From Candidatus Bathyarchaeota archaeon (lineage in GTDB: Archaea; Thermoproteota; Bathyarchaeia; Bathyarchaeales; Bathycorpusculaceae): 64,000 nucleotides of DNA. The notes under the pieces were generated by a model. The model was given only the letters and a program-made list of their open reading frames with translations. It searched no databases and was not told the DNA's origin. Below are positions 18,986 through 29,329 of the stretch, in pieces (the stretch's first letter is position 1; every line of letters starts with the position of its first letter). Location: assembly GCA_963828195.1 (NCBI GenBank), contig CAWHDT010000003.1, positions 192,001 to 256,000 on the forward strand, read 5' to 3'. Both the position numbers and the translations under genes were made by a program.

Positions 18986-20038
18986 ATGCCTAAAGTTAAA
19001 GTTGCGTTAATCGGCGTTGGAAACTGCGCTTCAGCCTTCATGCAAGGCATCCAATACTATGGGAAACTCGAAAAACCCGAAGATTTCGTTGGATTGCGAA
19101 ACCCCGTTTTAGCAGGTTTAAGCCCCAAAGACATCGCGGTGGTCGCAGCTTTTGATGTTGATGCACGCAAGGTTGGAAAAGACCTTTCAGAAGCAGTTTT
19201 TGCAGCTCCTAATAACGCGCCGAAGGTCTGCAATGTGCCTTCAACAGGCGTTAAAGTTAGCAAGGGTCCTCTGCTGGATGGTTTGGGGGAATCAAGTAAA
19301 GTTATCGTGGAAGTCAGCACCGCGCCTGACGTGAACGTTGCGGGGGTTCTCAAGGATGCGGGTGCTGAAGTTATGGTTAATTTGCTGCCGAGTGGAGCCT
19401 CAAAAGCTTCGCAGTTTTACGCTGAACAGGCTCTAGCCGCGGGGTGCGCTTTCGTGAACGTCACACCGAACTTTATCGCCAGCGACGCAGCGTGGGCTAA
19501 ACGGTTTGCCGACGCGAAGCTTCCGCTTGTAGGCGACGACTTAGTAGATCAGGTCGGCTCAACTTCTCTACATAAAACCCTGCTTAAACTGCTCTCCGAC
19601 AGCGGAGTCAGGATAGATGAAACTTACCAGCTTGACGTCGGCGGAGGAACCGAATCCGTTGACACAATGGACCGCACGCGGGATGCAAAACGCCAAATCA
19701 AAACCGAGTCAGTAGCAGCCGCAATACCCTACAAGGCTGAAATTGTCGCTGGCTCAACAGATTACGTGGATTTCCTTCAGAACAAACGTGACAGCTACTT
19801 CTGGATAAGCGGCAACTACTTCTGCAATGCGCCAATGAAAATTGACCTCAAATTCCAAACCGTTGACGCGCCAAACGCAGGCTCAGTGCTCTTCGATGTG
19901 GTGCGCGCAATGAAGTTGGCGTTAAACAAGAAATTAACCGGTGCCTTGGAGCCAGTTTGCGCCTATGCTTTTAAGCGTCCGCCCAAAATGTTGTCGATTG
20001 AAGCCGCCGAAAAAGAATTCGAGAAATTCATTGCTTAA
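18986..20038 (+). CDS. ino1: Myo-inositol-1-phosphate synthase
   Basis: IGVGNCAS, AAFDVD, LVGDD, YQLDVGG and DAPNAG motifs. Confidence 0.88.
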   Translation: MPKVKVALIGVGNCASAFMQGIQYYGKLEKPEDFVGLRNPVLAGLSPKDIAVVAAFDVDARKVGKDLSEAVFAAPNNAPKVCNVPSTGVKVSKGPLLDGLGESSKVIVEVSTAPDVNVAGVLKDAGAEVMVNLLPSGASKASQFYAEQALAAGCAFVNVTPNFIASDAAWAKRFADAKLPLVGDDLVDQVGSTSLHKTLLKLLSDSGVRIDETYQLDVGGGTESVDTMDRTRDAKRQIKTESVAAAIPYKAEIVAGSTDYVDFLQNKRDSYFWISGNYFCNAPMKIDLKFQTVDAPNAGSVLFDVVRAMKLALNKKLTGALEPVCAYAFKRPPKMLSIEAAEKEFEKFIA

Positions 20039-20131
20039 CCTCCCTTTGAATTCTTTCCTTTTCTCACCTTGTATTGCGGTACAAAAAACCTTTTTAACTA
20101 GAAAAGCCGAACTACATTCTGAGCACCTTAA

Positions 20132-20806
20132 ATGCGAAAAGCAGTTGCAGCAATCTTAATCATCGCTTTTGTCGTTATTTCGGTAACTTTAACCTTAACT
20201 GAAGCTCAGCAAGCTCAACCTTCTGTGGGCGTTAAGCCGGGCGACTGGGTTGAGTACTCAGTTAAAAATGCTGGTGCTGTTCCCGCTGCTCAAGATTTAA
20301 CATGGGCTAAAATCGAGATCCTAAATGTAGACGGCGAATCGTTTAACGCTAACTTCACGGTCGAATACGTCAATGGAACCTACTCAACGTCAACAAGATC
20401 CTTCAACTTCTCCTCTGGAAACGTTCAAGCCTGGATAATTATACCAGCAAATCTTAGTCCAGGACAAATCTTCTATGATTCATCAATTAACAGCAACGTA
20501 ACAATTCAGGGTCAAATCCAAAAAACCGTCGCCGGGGCAGAACGAACAGTCACCTACGCAAATAGCACTGTAAGTGGTAACGAAAGAAATAAGGAGTGGG
20601 ATAAAGCTACGGGTTTTTACATTCAAAGTGAAGATTACTTGGGAACTTACACTGTTAATGCACAGGCAATAGCAACAAACATTTGGAGCCCCCAAATTTT
20701 AGGCTTAAACCAGAACGTGTTTTACCTGGTTGTTGCAGCCGTCGTCGTTGTAGTTGCCGTGGTCGCTGCAGTGGCTGTGATTGTCCCAAAAAAGAAAAAG
20801 AAATAG
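20132..20806 (+). CDS. Secreted/membrane-anchored hypothetical protein
   Basis: Signal peptide, GVKPGDWVEY, WDKATG, C-terminal TM plus Lys tail. Confidence 0.75.
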   Translation: MRKAVAAILIIAFVVISVTLTLTEAQQAQPSVGVKPGDWVEYSVKNAGAVPAAQDLTWAKIEILNVDGESFNANFTVEYVNGTYSTSTRSFNFSSGNVQAWIIIPANLSPGQIFYDSSINSNVTIQGQIQKTVAGAERTVTYANSTVSGNERNKEWDKATGFYIQSEDYLGTYTVNAQAIATNIWSPQILGLNQNVFYLVVAAVVVVVAVVAAVAVIVPKKKKK

Positions 20807-20834
20807 TTGCCAATGACAACCATTCAGGGACCCG

Positions 20835-21935
20835 CTAAAGTTTTGCAAGTTCCTCTATTATTTTGTCTCTGACCCCGTTTTTCTTCAGCGTGTCTTTTAG
20901 GTAATTTATTGTTTTAACAGGTGTCGGGTCCACGCCGTGCAGAATCGCCAAGTAGATGCTTGTGAAATCGCCGACACAAATGGTTGACAGCATCTTTGCC
21001 AATGGGCTTTTGCCTTGAGCAGACACTTCAAACAGCTTCACGCCCGCTTTCTCAAGCATCTCTTTTGTGATCTCGATTCTGCTGCGGACTTCAGTAGGTT
21101 CCGCTTTGTCCCTGATTATGATTGCTGTGAAGCATTTGGCAACGTCGCCGGAGCTTTCCCAACCTACAATTTCGTTGTGGTTAAGTTCCGAGAAAACTTC
21201 CCATTTCGCGGGAATCTTGGTGTTTTCGTTGAATTGCTGCTTAAACCGCTCGGCTACGCTTCGGTAGAACCCAAAACCGTAGACGACAGGTGAAGTCTTC
21301 CCGATGCCTAAAGCTAAAGTTTTAGCAAAGTTGTTTTCAGCGGGCTTTTCAGGCGAGTTGTCTTTGCTGACTTTTTCCAGAAGAGACACCGCTTCAGCGA
21401 ATTCCTCTCTGACGCCTGAAACCAAACCCATTTTCTCCAAAACAAAAATCAGAGGAACGAACAGGTAGGGAAGCGCTGCTCGAGGAGGATTGCCGCCTGG
21501 GACACGCAGGTAAGGCACTTTGAGCCGTTCCGCGTTTTCCAATAGGGCGCCGCCGCTGCTTACGCAGAAAATCATGCATTTCCGCTTAAGTGCATCAAGA
21601 AAAGCGCCGAGGGATTCTTCAGTGTCGCCTGAGTAGCTGGTTATAAGAACCAGGGTTTTTTTGCCTGCGTAAGCGGGCAGGTCATATTCTCGGTTGATTT
21701 CAATCGGCACGTCTGTTTTGTTTCTTGCCCAGTCTTTGAGCAGGTCGCCGCCGATTGCTGAGCCGCCCATGCCTGAAACGATAATGTTGTCTGGTTTGGG
21801 ATAGTTTATTTTGATTTTTTCAGCCAGCTTCGCCGCGTCAAGGTAACGTTTAGCTGAATCAACGCTGAAATTAATCATGTTACTTTTATCAACGGCTTTA
21901 ATTTCGTCAGGTTCATCTAAAATGGGTGTCTTCAT
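20835..21935 (-). CDS. Bifunctional phosphoglucose/phosphomannose isomerase
   Basis: SIS-domain motifs GMGGSAIGG, SYSGDTEE, QFNENTK and ELNHNEI. Confidence 0.93.
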   Translation of the reverse strand: MKTPILDEPDEIKAVDKSNMINFSVDSAKRYLDAAKLAEKIKINYPKPDNIIVSGMGGSAIGGDLLKDWARNKTDVPIEINREYDLPAYAGKKTLVLITSYSGDTEESLGAFLDALKRKCMIFCVSSGGALLENAERLKVPYLRVPGGNPPRAALPYLFVPLIFVLEKMGLVSGVREEFAEAVSLLEKVSKDNSPEKPAENNFAKTLALGIGKTSPVVYGFGFYRSVAERFKQQFNENTKIPAKWEVFSELNHNEIVGWESSGDVAKCFTAIIIRDKAEPTEVRSRIEITKEMLEKAGVKLFEVSAQGKSPLAKMLSTICVGDFTSIYLAILHGVDPTPVKTINYLKDTLKKNGVRDKIIEELAKL

Positions 21936-22031
21936 TTTTGAATCCTCCAGTAACCCGCACTTTTATATCTCGTCTCCCACTTTTAAGGTCAACGCACAAC
22001 AAATTAACCAGGCAATAGGAAGCAACCCGCC

Positions 22032-22880
22032 GTGGACAAAAAAAAGCTTGCAATCGCGATTCCAGCATCCGTAATTTCGGATACGCCGCACCTGCGGGAA
22101 AAAACCTCGAAGGTCGGGTTGATTGGAAGGACAGCGGCGATTTTCAGGGTGGATGAAATCATAGTTTACTCAGATAACCCCAGAGCTAATCAGGCTGTAG
22201 ACATGGATTTTATCTCGCTGCTTCTAAGCTACTTGGAAACGCCTCAGTATCTGCGAAAAGGGCTCTTCAAACTTGAGCCCAGTCTGCAGTTCGCTGGAAT
22301 TTTGCCTCCGCTGCGCACACCTCATCACCCTGTCAGCGGGAAAACTCGGGATTTAAAGGTCGGCGAATACCGTGAAGGCCTGGTTTTGTCGAAGGCTAAG
22401 GAAGGCTTGCTTGTGGACATAGGCGTTGAGCAACCCGCGGTTCTGAGGGAAACACAGCATGCCCTAGGCGACCGCTTAACCCTGCAGATTGTTAAGGTTG
22501 GCGGAAGAATTGAGATCCAGACAGCAAATCGAGATGACATCCCACTTTACTGGGGATACAGAGTTCGCGTAGAAAAGCGCCCGTTTGGGCGACTGGTAAC
22601 TGATAAAGAATTTGATTTAACCATAGCCACCGCAAGGATCGGCGACAAATTCAGTGATGCGGCAGCTGAAATTGGAGAAAAATGGGTTAAGGCACAGCAT
22701 ATTTTGGTTGCGTTTGGGGCTCCCTCGCGTGGTTTGCATGAGATTGCCAAAGAAGAAGGCGCAAAGCTTGAGGCGCTGGTGGATTTTACTGTAAATACGG
22801 TTCCTGAACAGGGAACGGCGACGGTTCGAACTGAAGAGGCGCTTTTGGCTACACTGGCAATTTTCAATGTTTATTTTTAG
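22032..22880 (+). CDS. SPOUT RNA methyltransferase (DUF171/SPOUT1 family)
   Basis: ETPQYLRK, LPPLRTPHH, YWGY and TVRTEEA motifs. Confidence 0.92.
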   Translation: MDKKKLAIAIPASVISDTPHLREKTSKVGLIGRTAAIFRVDEIIVYSDNPRANQAVDMDFISLLLSYLETPQYLRKGLFKLEPSLQFAGILPPLRTPHHPVSGKTRDLKVGEYREGLVLSKAKEGLLVDIGVEQPAVLRETQHALGDRLTLQIVKVGGRIEIQTANRDDIPLYWGYRVRVEKRPFGRLVTDKEFDLTIATARIGDKFSDAAAEIGEKWVKAQHILVAFGAPSRGLHEIAKEEGAKLEALVDFTVNTVPEQGTATVRTEEALLATLAIFNVYF

Positions 22881-22960
22881 TTATGTGGGTCTAATTTTGC
22901 CGCTGAAAAAGGCTAGCTAAATGTAGACCATATTTTTCGATACTAACACAATAAGTAGGT

Positions 22961-24217
22961 ATGCTCTCCGAGTTACTATATCGCTGTATAAGTTGGGACG
23001 TTTTTCCATTTTTGGCTAAAGGCATAAATGAGTCGCTGATTATTCTGCTCTCCATGCCCACTCTTGACATAGCAATGCCACTCGCATTGTTCGCTGTAGT
23101 TATAGTTGCCTTGCTTTTGAACAAGCGCAGTGGCGGAAAATTGATGTCAACAGTTGAGGAAAAAGAGTTCAAAATGAGAGACGTAGTTATCCTTGTTGTC
23201 TTCATGGCAATAATTATTACGGGATTAGCCTTCGCTGCAATGTATAATCCCGGCGGACTCTTTGAAGACGTCATACTTCTCTTCTTTTTGTCATCATACA
23301 CTACGCTGCTTTTCACTATTTCATATGTATTCAGCGGAATCACAAAAATCAGGGCTCAGCTCATCTCCATCGGTTTTGGCGCTGCATCTATAGTTGCAGG
23401 AGTCGTCTGCGCATTAGCGCCATTTCATGATGCCTTCACAATCTTTAGAGTTGTCGCATTCATAGGGTTGGCCGCCTTCTGCTTTGGCGTAGCTGTTTAC
23501 GAGCAGATAAAGACCTCGCTTAAACAACGTTGGTACGTAGCTGCACAACCACCTGCAATATTTGTTCTGCTATTTGTCTTCTTTAACTTCATAAATAACT
23601 CGGGGACTGCAGCAGTGTGGTCTCCTTACCTCCTGGATGTTTTCGGCTTAACTTTTGCTGTTTTGATTATTTTGTATCTTAGCTCGCTGTTTAACTGGAA
23701 GACAGTGGGGCTCTTTGCCGTTCTTTTGACGTCTATGGACATTATTTTGGTTATCGGTTCATCGGCAATGCTGACTGCTGCAAATTCGTTTACCGGCTTG
23801 GGGCTTCCTGTACTGGTTATCTTGCCGAACACTCCTATCGTTACAGTAATTAATCCTGTTACGCATCTCAGTGGCATCGAATTTAGAGGGCTTGGTTTAG
23901 GTGACTTCTTCTTTGCAGGAGTATTGGCAGTGCAAACAGACAAAAAGTTCGGAATGAAAACAGCTATTATTGCTGCAGTTGCGATGGCTGTATCTTTCGG
24001 CATCTGGGAAGCGTTTCTGCAAGATATAATCAATGACCTTGTTCCCATTCTTGGAAGAAACATCGGAGGATGGCCCGCAACCACTTGTATGCTAACAGGA
24101 TGGGCGCCAGTCGTCGCTTGGAAACTGCTTAGCGACAGAAGAAAAGCATCCAAGATACCTGCTGAAAGTAAACTGCCTGAGGTCCCCAAAGAGCAAAGCA
24201 GTTTACCGATACAATGA
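22961..24217 (+). CDS. Presenilin/signal-peptide-peptidase-like intramembrane aspartyl protease
   Basis: Polytopic membrane protein with SMD and LGLGD catalytic motifs and a PAT (PAL-like) motif; the true start may be later (MPTLD). Confidence 0.75.
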   Translation: MLSELLYRCISWDVFPFLAKGINESLIILLSMPTLDIAMPLALFAVVIVALLLNKRSGGKLMSTVEEKEFKMRDVVILVVFMAIIITGLAFAAMYNPGGLFEDVILLFFLSSYTTLLFTISYVFSGITKIRAQLISIGFGAASIVAGVVCALAPFHDAFTIFRVVAFIGLAAFCFGVAVYEQIKTSLKQRWYVAAQPPAIFVLLFVFFNFINNSGTAAVWSPYLLDVFGLTFAVLIILYLSSLFNWKTVGLFAVLLTSMDIILVIGSSAMLTAANSFTGLGLPVLVILPNTPIVTVINPVTHLSGIEFRGLGLGDFFFAGVLAVQTDKKFGMKTAIIAAVAMAVSFGIWEAFLQDIINDLVPILGRNIGGWPATTCMLTGWAPVVAWKLLSDRRKASKIPAESKLPEVPKEQSSLPIQ

Positions 24218-24322
24218 GCATTCTTAACTTTTAGAACGTCTATACGGCATTTTTGCGAACTATATGTTAAAACGAAAATAAATTCTGGGGAAAAATGGTT
24301 AAAAAAGAATAAGAGGCGTATT

Positions 24323-24646
24323 TTACCCGAATAGGGCGCCTAATCCTTCTAGAGCTGCTTCTTCCTTGGCTTTTTCTTCTTCAGCTTTCTTCTTCTTATC
24401 CTCTGGTGGAGCTGCTGCCGGTGCCGCTGCGCCGCCTGCTGGAGCTGCAACTGGAGCCGCCGCCATCATTGCTGGGGCTGCTTTGATTGCTTCATCAATG
24501 TTTACTTCGCTCAGTGATGCTACAAGTGCTTTTACCTGTATCGGGTCAACTGTGATTCCTGCTGCTGAGAGAACTTTTGTTACTGAATCCTCGTCTATTC
24601 CTTTTCCTGCCTTGTGAAGGAGCATTGCTGCGTAAATATTTTCCAT
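24323..24646 (-). CDS. rpl12: 50S ribosomal stalk protein P1/L12
   Basis: [11 protein letters not shown], Ala-rich hinge and GLGALFG C-terminus. Confidence 0.96.
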   Translation of the reverse strand: MENIYAAMLLHKAGKGIDEDSVTKVLSAAGITVDPIQVKALVASLSEVNIDEAIKAAPAMMAAAPVAAPAGGAAAPAAAPPEDKKKKAEEEKAKEEAALEGLGALFG

Positions 24647-24921
24647 ACCTTTTCACCTCTTCATCGGACTATTTTAACCTTTTCCGTTGGTCAGACCCGC
24701 CTCGTTTAAGCGAAGCTGATCGTTACCTTGAACTGGCAGTTGATTCCGCCATTTCTTGCCGTTTAGAAGAATACCCAATACCTTATGAACCTTTCGAAAC
24801 AGGAGTTGACGTAGACATTAACAACTTTTTCGGTTTCTCATGATACCCAAAAACCATGTTGCCTCATAACGCTTATCTTTAAGGCGAGGCACAATACGGT
24901 GATTTACAGGTTAATGATAAT

Positions 24922-25893
24922 ATGGGAAACATTACAGTCGCCCTCATCGGCGCTTTAGACTACGGCAACAGCCTCGCCAAAAAAGGCACATCCACAGACA
25001 TAACATTCTACAACATAAAAAAAGGCGAAGACACAGTTACCCTTATTGAACCCACACGTTACCCCGAAAGACTGGCACCCCTGTTCTACGCCGTCTCCCT
25101 ATCTAAAGAGGCAATAATAGTTGTGGACCAGCTAGATGCTACTTTTGGCGAGAGCCTAGTTATGCTTCAATGCTCCGACATCAAAAGCGGCTTCATCATT
25201 CTGAGAAACTACATTCCTAAAGAAAAAATCCTGCCGCTTATAAAAGGAACCGTCCTCGAAAAATTTGAATTCGCAAACGATGACCCCAACTATCTAAGAG
25301 AGCAGCTGTTGGCAGAAGCCTCAAAACAAAAAAATGCAGAAGTTCCAGTTGGGCAGCAGTCGGTTGGGACCGTGCCTGTTGACCACTCGTTTAACGTTAA
25401 AGGCGTCGGGGTCGTTGTATTGGGGGTTGTTGCAAACGGAATCGTTCAGAAACATTCGATGCTAAATGTTCTTCCGGGCGGGAAAACAGCGCAGGTCCGC
25501 TCTATCCAAAAACACGATGATGAATTTGACGTTGCAGGCGAAGGCGACCGCGTTGGGCTTGCATTGAAAAACGTCGAAGTGGAAGATTTAGATCGGGGAG
25601 CAGTTTTAACAAATGACCCTTCAATTAAGACTTCTGCCAAGCTGGAAGCCCCTGCTTCTTTGGTTAAGTATTGGCAGACGCCGATAAAGCAGGGCATGGT
25701 TATGCATATTGGTCATTGGGCGCAATTCATCACCGCTAAAGTGGAAACTGTTGCCGAAACAGGCGACCCGAAAAAGCCAACTTTAACCTTATCGCTTGAT
25801 AAACCACTCGTCTACCGCCCACATGACAAGGCAGTGCTGATGTATTTAGAGGGTGCAAAGCTCCGAGTCGCAGGAACAATAGAGCTACCATAA
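24922..25893 (+). CDS. SelB-like / EF-Tu-domain protein with degenerate G domain
   Basis: KKGTSTDIT, VDHSFNVKGVG, VRSIQ and GDRVGLALK motifs; no intact P-loop. Confidence 0.85.
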   Translation: MGNITVALIGALDYGNSLAKKGTSTDITFYNIKKGEDTVTLIEPTRYPERLAPLFYAVSLSKEAIIVVDQLDATFGESLVMLQCSDIKSGFIILRNYIPKEKILPLIKGTVLEKFEFANDDPNYLREQLLAEASKQKNAEVPVGQQSVGTVPVDHSFNVKGVGVVVLGVVANGIVQKHSMLNVLPGGKTAQVRSIQKHDDEFDVAGEGDRVGLALKNVEVEDLDRGAVLTNDPSIKTSAKLEAPASLVKYWQTPIKQGMVMHIGHWAQFITAKVETVAETGDPKKPTLTLSLDKPLVYRPHDKAVLMYLEGAKLRVAGTIELP

Positions 25894-25999
25894 CTAACCT
25901 AAACCGTTCAACTGCCATTCAAAAATTTGGGTGAACCATATCGGAGTAGAGTAGGTTTTAAAAGGCAGAAGAGTGAAATAGCATAAATAGAGTGGGAAC

Positions 26000-26308
26000 T
26001 TGAGCGTCGTAAAGGTAATTATGGGCGATTTGGACGAGGAGAAAGAAAACCTCGCTAATTTCTTGCACAGCCAATCCAAATTGAATTCATCAATAACTTC
26101 TTGGGGCTTGGAGCTAAAGATGGATGATGTCTCGACTTTTGTGTTGGCAAGAATGGTGACAAAGTTTGTCTACCGCAAGCATCTAAACGTCACACATTGG
26201 GTTGACGTAAAAAACAACGAGGTCCAAATCAACAGGTTTAAACATCAAAAGGAAGTTAAGAAAAACAAGCATCCAACTACCGCATCAACAATCAAACATG
26301 GGTGGTAA
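26000..26308 (+). CDS. Small basic protein, possible eL22-like ribosomal protein
   Basis: LANFL...VTKFVYRKHL...WV resembles the eL22 core by eye only. Confidence 0.4.
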   Translation: MSVVKVIMGDLDEEKENLANFLHSQSKLNSSITSWGLELKMDDVSTFVLARMVTKFVYRKHLNVTHWVDVKNNEVQINRFKHQKEVKKNKHPTTASTIKHGW

Positions 26309-26381
26309 AAAAAAGAACGAAAAAGGGCTCTAAAATTTAAATGCATCTCTTAGGTTCTCAATTAAATTTAATTTTTTGAAA

Positions 26382-27032
26382 TTATTTTGCATATACAAGA
26401 TAGGATAAGGCAAGAAAAACGATTGCGATTGAAGCCATCAGTACTCCGAAAAGCAGGCGGTTCTTTCCTGAAACTTTGCCAAGTTGTCTGCCATACCAGA
26501 AAAGCCATGAGACGCCAACTATGTTGGAGATGAACCAGGCTAAAACTTTGTCATGTAAAATTAGGAAGGGCAGGGCAAGCATGAAGCCTACAAACAGGTA
26601 GATGCCGATGATGGATAACCAACCCATAACTTCGTCCGTTGTAAGAGCCTTGCTCTCTCCTAAAGAACTGTGAGGCACATGCGCAATAATATCTCTGGCT
26701 ACTGCTTCCTTGCCTTCATCATCTAAATCTGCCAAGAAAGTGTCCGTTAAACTGCTTTTAACCCTATCCAAAACATTTTCCCCGTTCACAGCAGATTTAA
26801 GTTGCAAAAGTTTGTTTCTAACGTTGTTGCGTTCAATTGAGCTTGAAACAGCATAGATTAAGCCGTCAATAATGCCCCAAGTGGCGCAGGCGCCTAGATT
26901 AACCGCCACAATGTAGATGAATCCTGAGTTAAGGTCCGTTAAGGCAACGTAGCCGTTGATTATTATAACCATCATAACGGCAAATGCAATTTCGCCTGTG
27001 CGGTCAGCATAAGAAAGATATTTCGAAGCCAA
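26382..27032 (-). CDS. VIT1/CCC1-like membrane protein
   Basis: DRTGEIAF, NLGACATWGIIDG and LPF motifs; about five TM helices. Confidence 0.65.
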   Translation of the reverse strand: MASKYLSYADRTGEIAFAVMMVIIINGYVALTDLNSGFIYIVAVNLGACATWGIIDGLIYAVSSSIERNNVRNKLLQLKSAVNGENVLDRVKSSLTDTFLADLDDEGKEAVARDIIAHVPHSSLGESKALTTDEVMGWLSIIGIYLFVGFMLALPFLILHDKVLAWFISNIVGVSWLFWYGRQLGKVSGKNRLLFGVLMASIAIVFLALSYLVYAK

Positions 27033-27177
27033 AAAATCGCCGACAATTATAAATCCGAATCAAGCAAATAACAATTTTGGAAACCAATGTCCCCCCATGA
27101 AACTGCCGTGAAAGCTTCAATAACATTCAAAACGTAATGCCTCATTATTTCCTTATAGAATCGTAAAAGTGAAAAAT

Positions 27178-27612
27178 ATGTATAGAACTGGCGTCGCGAA
27201 TCTTCCGTTTCACGGCGGCAAAGCTCCTTCATGGCTTACCGTGCGCATGCGTAAGTTAGCCAAAGAAATAGCGGATATTATGGTTGAGGAGCAGGGCACA
27301 GCCAAGTTTATTGAGCGGTTATCTGACCCCTACTGGTTTCAAGCATTCGGCTGCGTCTTAGCCTATGACTGGCACAGCAGCGGAGTAACAACCGTCGTCA
27401 CCGGCATCCTCAAAGGCGCCCTATCGCCGGAAGAGCACGGCATCGCCGTCTGCAGAGGAAAAGGCAAAACCTCAAGAAAAACACCCGCCGACATAGCTTT
27501 GGCTGGCGAAAAATTCGGTTTTTCAGAAGAAACAATCAAAACGCTTACCTACAACAGCAAAATGGCTGCGAAAATAGACAACACCGCCATCCAAGCAGGA
27601 TACCAGCTTTGA
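27178..27612 (+). pseudogene. DUF763 family gene, 5' part (interrupted by the integrated element)
   Basis: GVANLPFHGGKAP, RLSDPYWFQ, DWHSSG and KIDNTAIQAGYQL, then a stop exactly at the element boundary. Confidence 0.92.
27605..27610. repeat. attL core AGCTTT
   Basis: TACC-AGCTTT-GAATAC; the same hexamer occurs at 32238-32243. Confidence 0.8.
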
Positions 27613-27643
27613 ATACATGTTTTTTTCTCGATTACCATGCTTT

Positions 27644-28942
27644 TCACGTGAGCCTACTGTATAGCTTACAGGTTTTTCCGTTCTCGTCAAGCATGGTATC
27701 AAACAGTTCATAGCACATTTGCCTAGCTTCTTCTGCTTGCTCTATCGTATAGACTCGCATTGTCTCATAGCTGCAGTTTTCGTCATCAAAGTCGCCAAAA
27801 TATTTCTCTGTTGAACTTAACCGTTTATGCCCTAGTCGAGCTTGTACTTTTCTCACGTTGAACTGAGTTTTCTTATAGGTTTGGTCTGCAAAATATCGCC
27901 GAAAACTGTGATGATGGATATTAAGCAAATTTGGCATCTGAAGTTTGTCAGCGATTCTTTTCCTGGAACGTGCAAAAGTTGACTGTAGAGCGCGTTTATT
28001 CGGGTTAAAGACGTATGGCGCGTACTTTTTTGGCAAAGATTGAAGCATTGTAATAGTCTGTTGACTAACGTGGATTTTGCGAGATCTGCTTCCCTTTTCT
28101 GGGTGGTTGATATAGACTATTTGACCCGTTACGTCTATCTCATTCCATTGTAACCGCGAAACCTCACCTATTCGAGCGCCGCAATCTGCCAACAACATAC
28201 AAAGCGCTCTTTGTTGTTTGCCGAGATTCTGAAGTAATGTTGTAACTTCATAGGGTTTTGGCGTGTATTGCTGTTTAGGCTCATAGGCGATTTTGGGTTT
28301 TTTAAAAGGAATATCAAACGCCCCGGCGTAACTGATGTATGCCTGAACGTAATGGAATTTTGATGCTGGCGAGAACTGTTCCGTCATCAGAACCGTTAAA
28401 AGACTGTCTGGATTGCTTAAGTTTACACCTTTTTTTCTAAGCGCATTGAGACGTAAAACTCTATGTGTTATGGTTGCGTCTGCTATACCGCGTTTCTTCT
28501 CTTTCCATGCGTATTCTATTAGACTATCTTTTTCTCCCACGCAAACAGTCTTTTCTGCTTGCGATTCCAAATTTTTCGTCTCCTTGACGCATATTTGAAA
28601 CTTACTATTATAGAAAGGTAAAGTATTTAACTCTTTTTCTACAATAGAAAGGCATGATGCATTATGAGAACCTACATCTTCACCGAAAACGAGAGACGCA
28701 CCGTTAGAAACTTTCTCAACGGCACCATCACACGAAGCGATCCCAACCTCATGACGATTCTTTCCAGAATCAAAAGTTTCATCGACCTTTCCAGCGATAT
28801 TGACCTTTACGTCAAGTTGAGAGAAACGGTACCCACAGTTTCGGCATAAATAACGCTGTACTTGAGAACCATTATCTAGATAGCGTAAGCCGTCTTTGTA
28901 ATGACGATCTGAACTGCATTGAGGGCAACAACTAACAACCAT
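27644..28942 (-). CDS. Tyrosine recombinase/integrase with N-terminal Zn ribbon
   Basis: All catalytic residues present: GARIGE (R), PEKGS (K), HSFRR (HxxR), LGH and TEKY (Y). N-terminal CPQC...CRNC. Confidence 0.93.
   Translation of the reverse strand: MVVSCCPQCSSDRHYKDGLRYLDNGSQVQRYLCRNCGYRFSQLDVKVNIAGKVDETFDSGKNRHEVGIASCDGAVEKVSNGASLVFGEDVGSHNASCLSIVEKELNTLPFYNSKFQICVKETKNLESQAEKTVCVGEKDSLIEYAWKEKKRGIADATITHRVLRLNALRKKGVNLSNPDSLLTVLMTEQFSPASKFHYVQAYISYAGAFDIPFKKPKIAYEPKQQYTPKPYEVTTLLQNLGKQQRALCMLLADCGARIGEVSRLQWNEIDVTGQIVYINHPEKGSRSRKIHVSQQTITMLQSLPKKYAPYVFNPNKRALQSTFARSRKRIADKLQMPNLLNIHHHSFRRYFADQTYKKTQFNVRKVQARLGHKRLSSTEKYFGDFDDENCSYETMRVYTIEQAEEARQMCYELFDTMLDENGKTCKLYSRLT
28664..28849 (+). 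CDS. 61-aa ORF nested antisense within the integrase N-terminal linker
   Basis: ATG start and a helical amphipathic sequence (MRTYIFTENERRTVRNFL...). A TATA-like TATTTAA lies ~35 nt upstream. Confidence 0.5.
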   Translation: MRTYIFTENERRTVRNFLNGTITRSDPNLMTILSRIKSFIDLSSDIDLYVKLRETVPTVSA

Positions 28943-29212
28943 CTTTCTGCTACCAAAACACAGCGAGGCTACCTATCTTTAAATAATTTTCCGTTAAAAA
29001 TTATAGGGTTTTAGGCAGTACAAAAAAATAACATTTATTCAGAAATTTAGCTAAAATTAAGCCTTAAATTGTAAAATACCACTGTTTTCAGCTAATTTAT
29101 TGAAATTTTCACAAGCCAAAAAAATAGACAACTAGAAAACACAACTCGTGTGTTTTATCCAAAAATTTTGCTGGAGGAGGGAGGGGTAGCAGATCCTCCT
29201 AACCCCAGGCGA

Positions 29213-29323
29213 TTAGGCGCCCGCGAAGGTAATAAAAAATGAGTCGAACGCATATAAGACCCACTTCGCCCAGACAATGAGCGTGACACGGACGCCCAAC
29301 CAGCACCTATACAAGGTACCCAT
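29213..29323 (-). CDS. 36-aa hydrophobic micropeptide of the element (not in the ORF track)
   Basis: MGTLYRCWLGVRVTLIVWAKWVLYAFDSFFITFAGA*; its ATG lies 6 nt after the stop of 29330-29677. Confidence 0.35.
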   Translation of the reverse strand: MGTLYRCWLGVRVTLIVWAKWVLYAFDSFFITFAGA

Positions 29324-29329
29324 GAAGAT

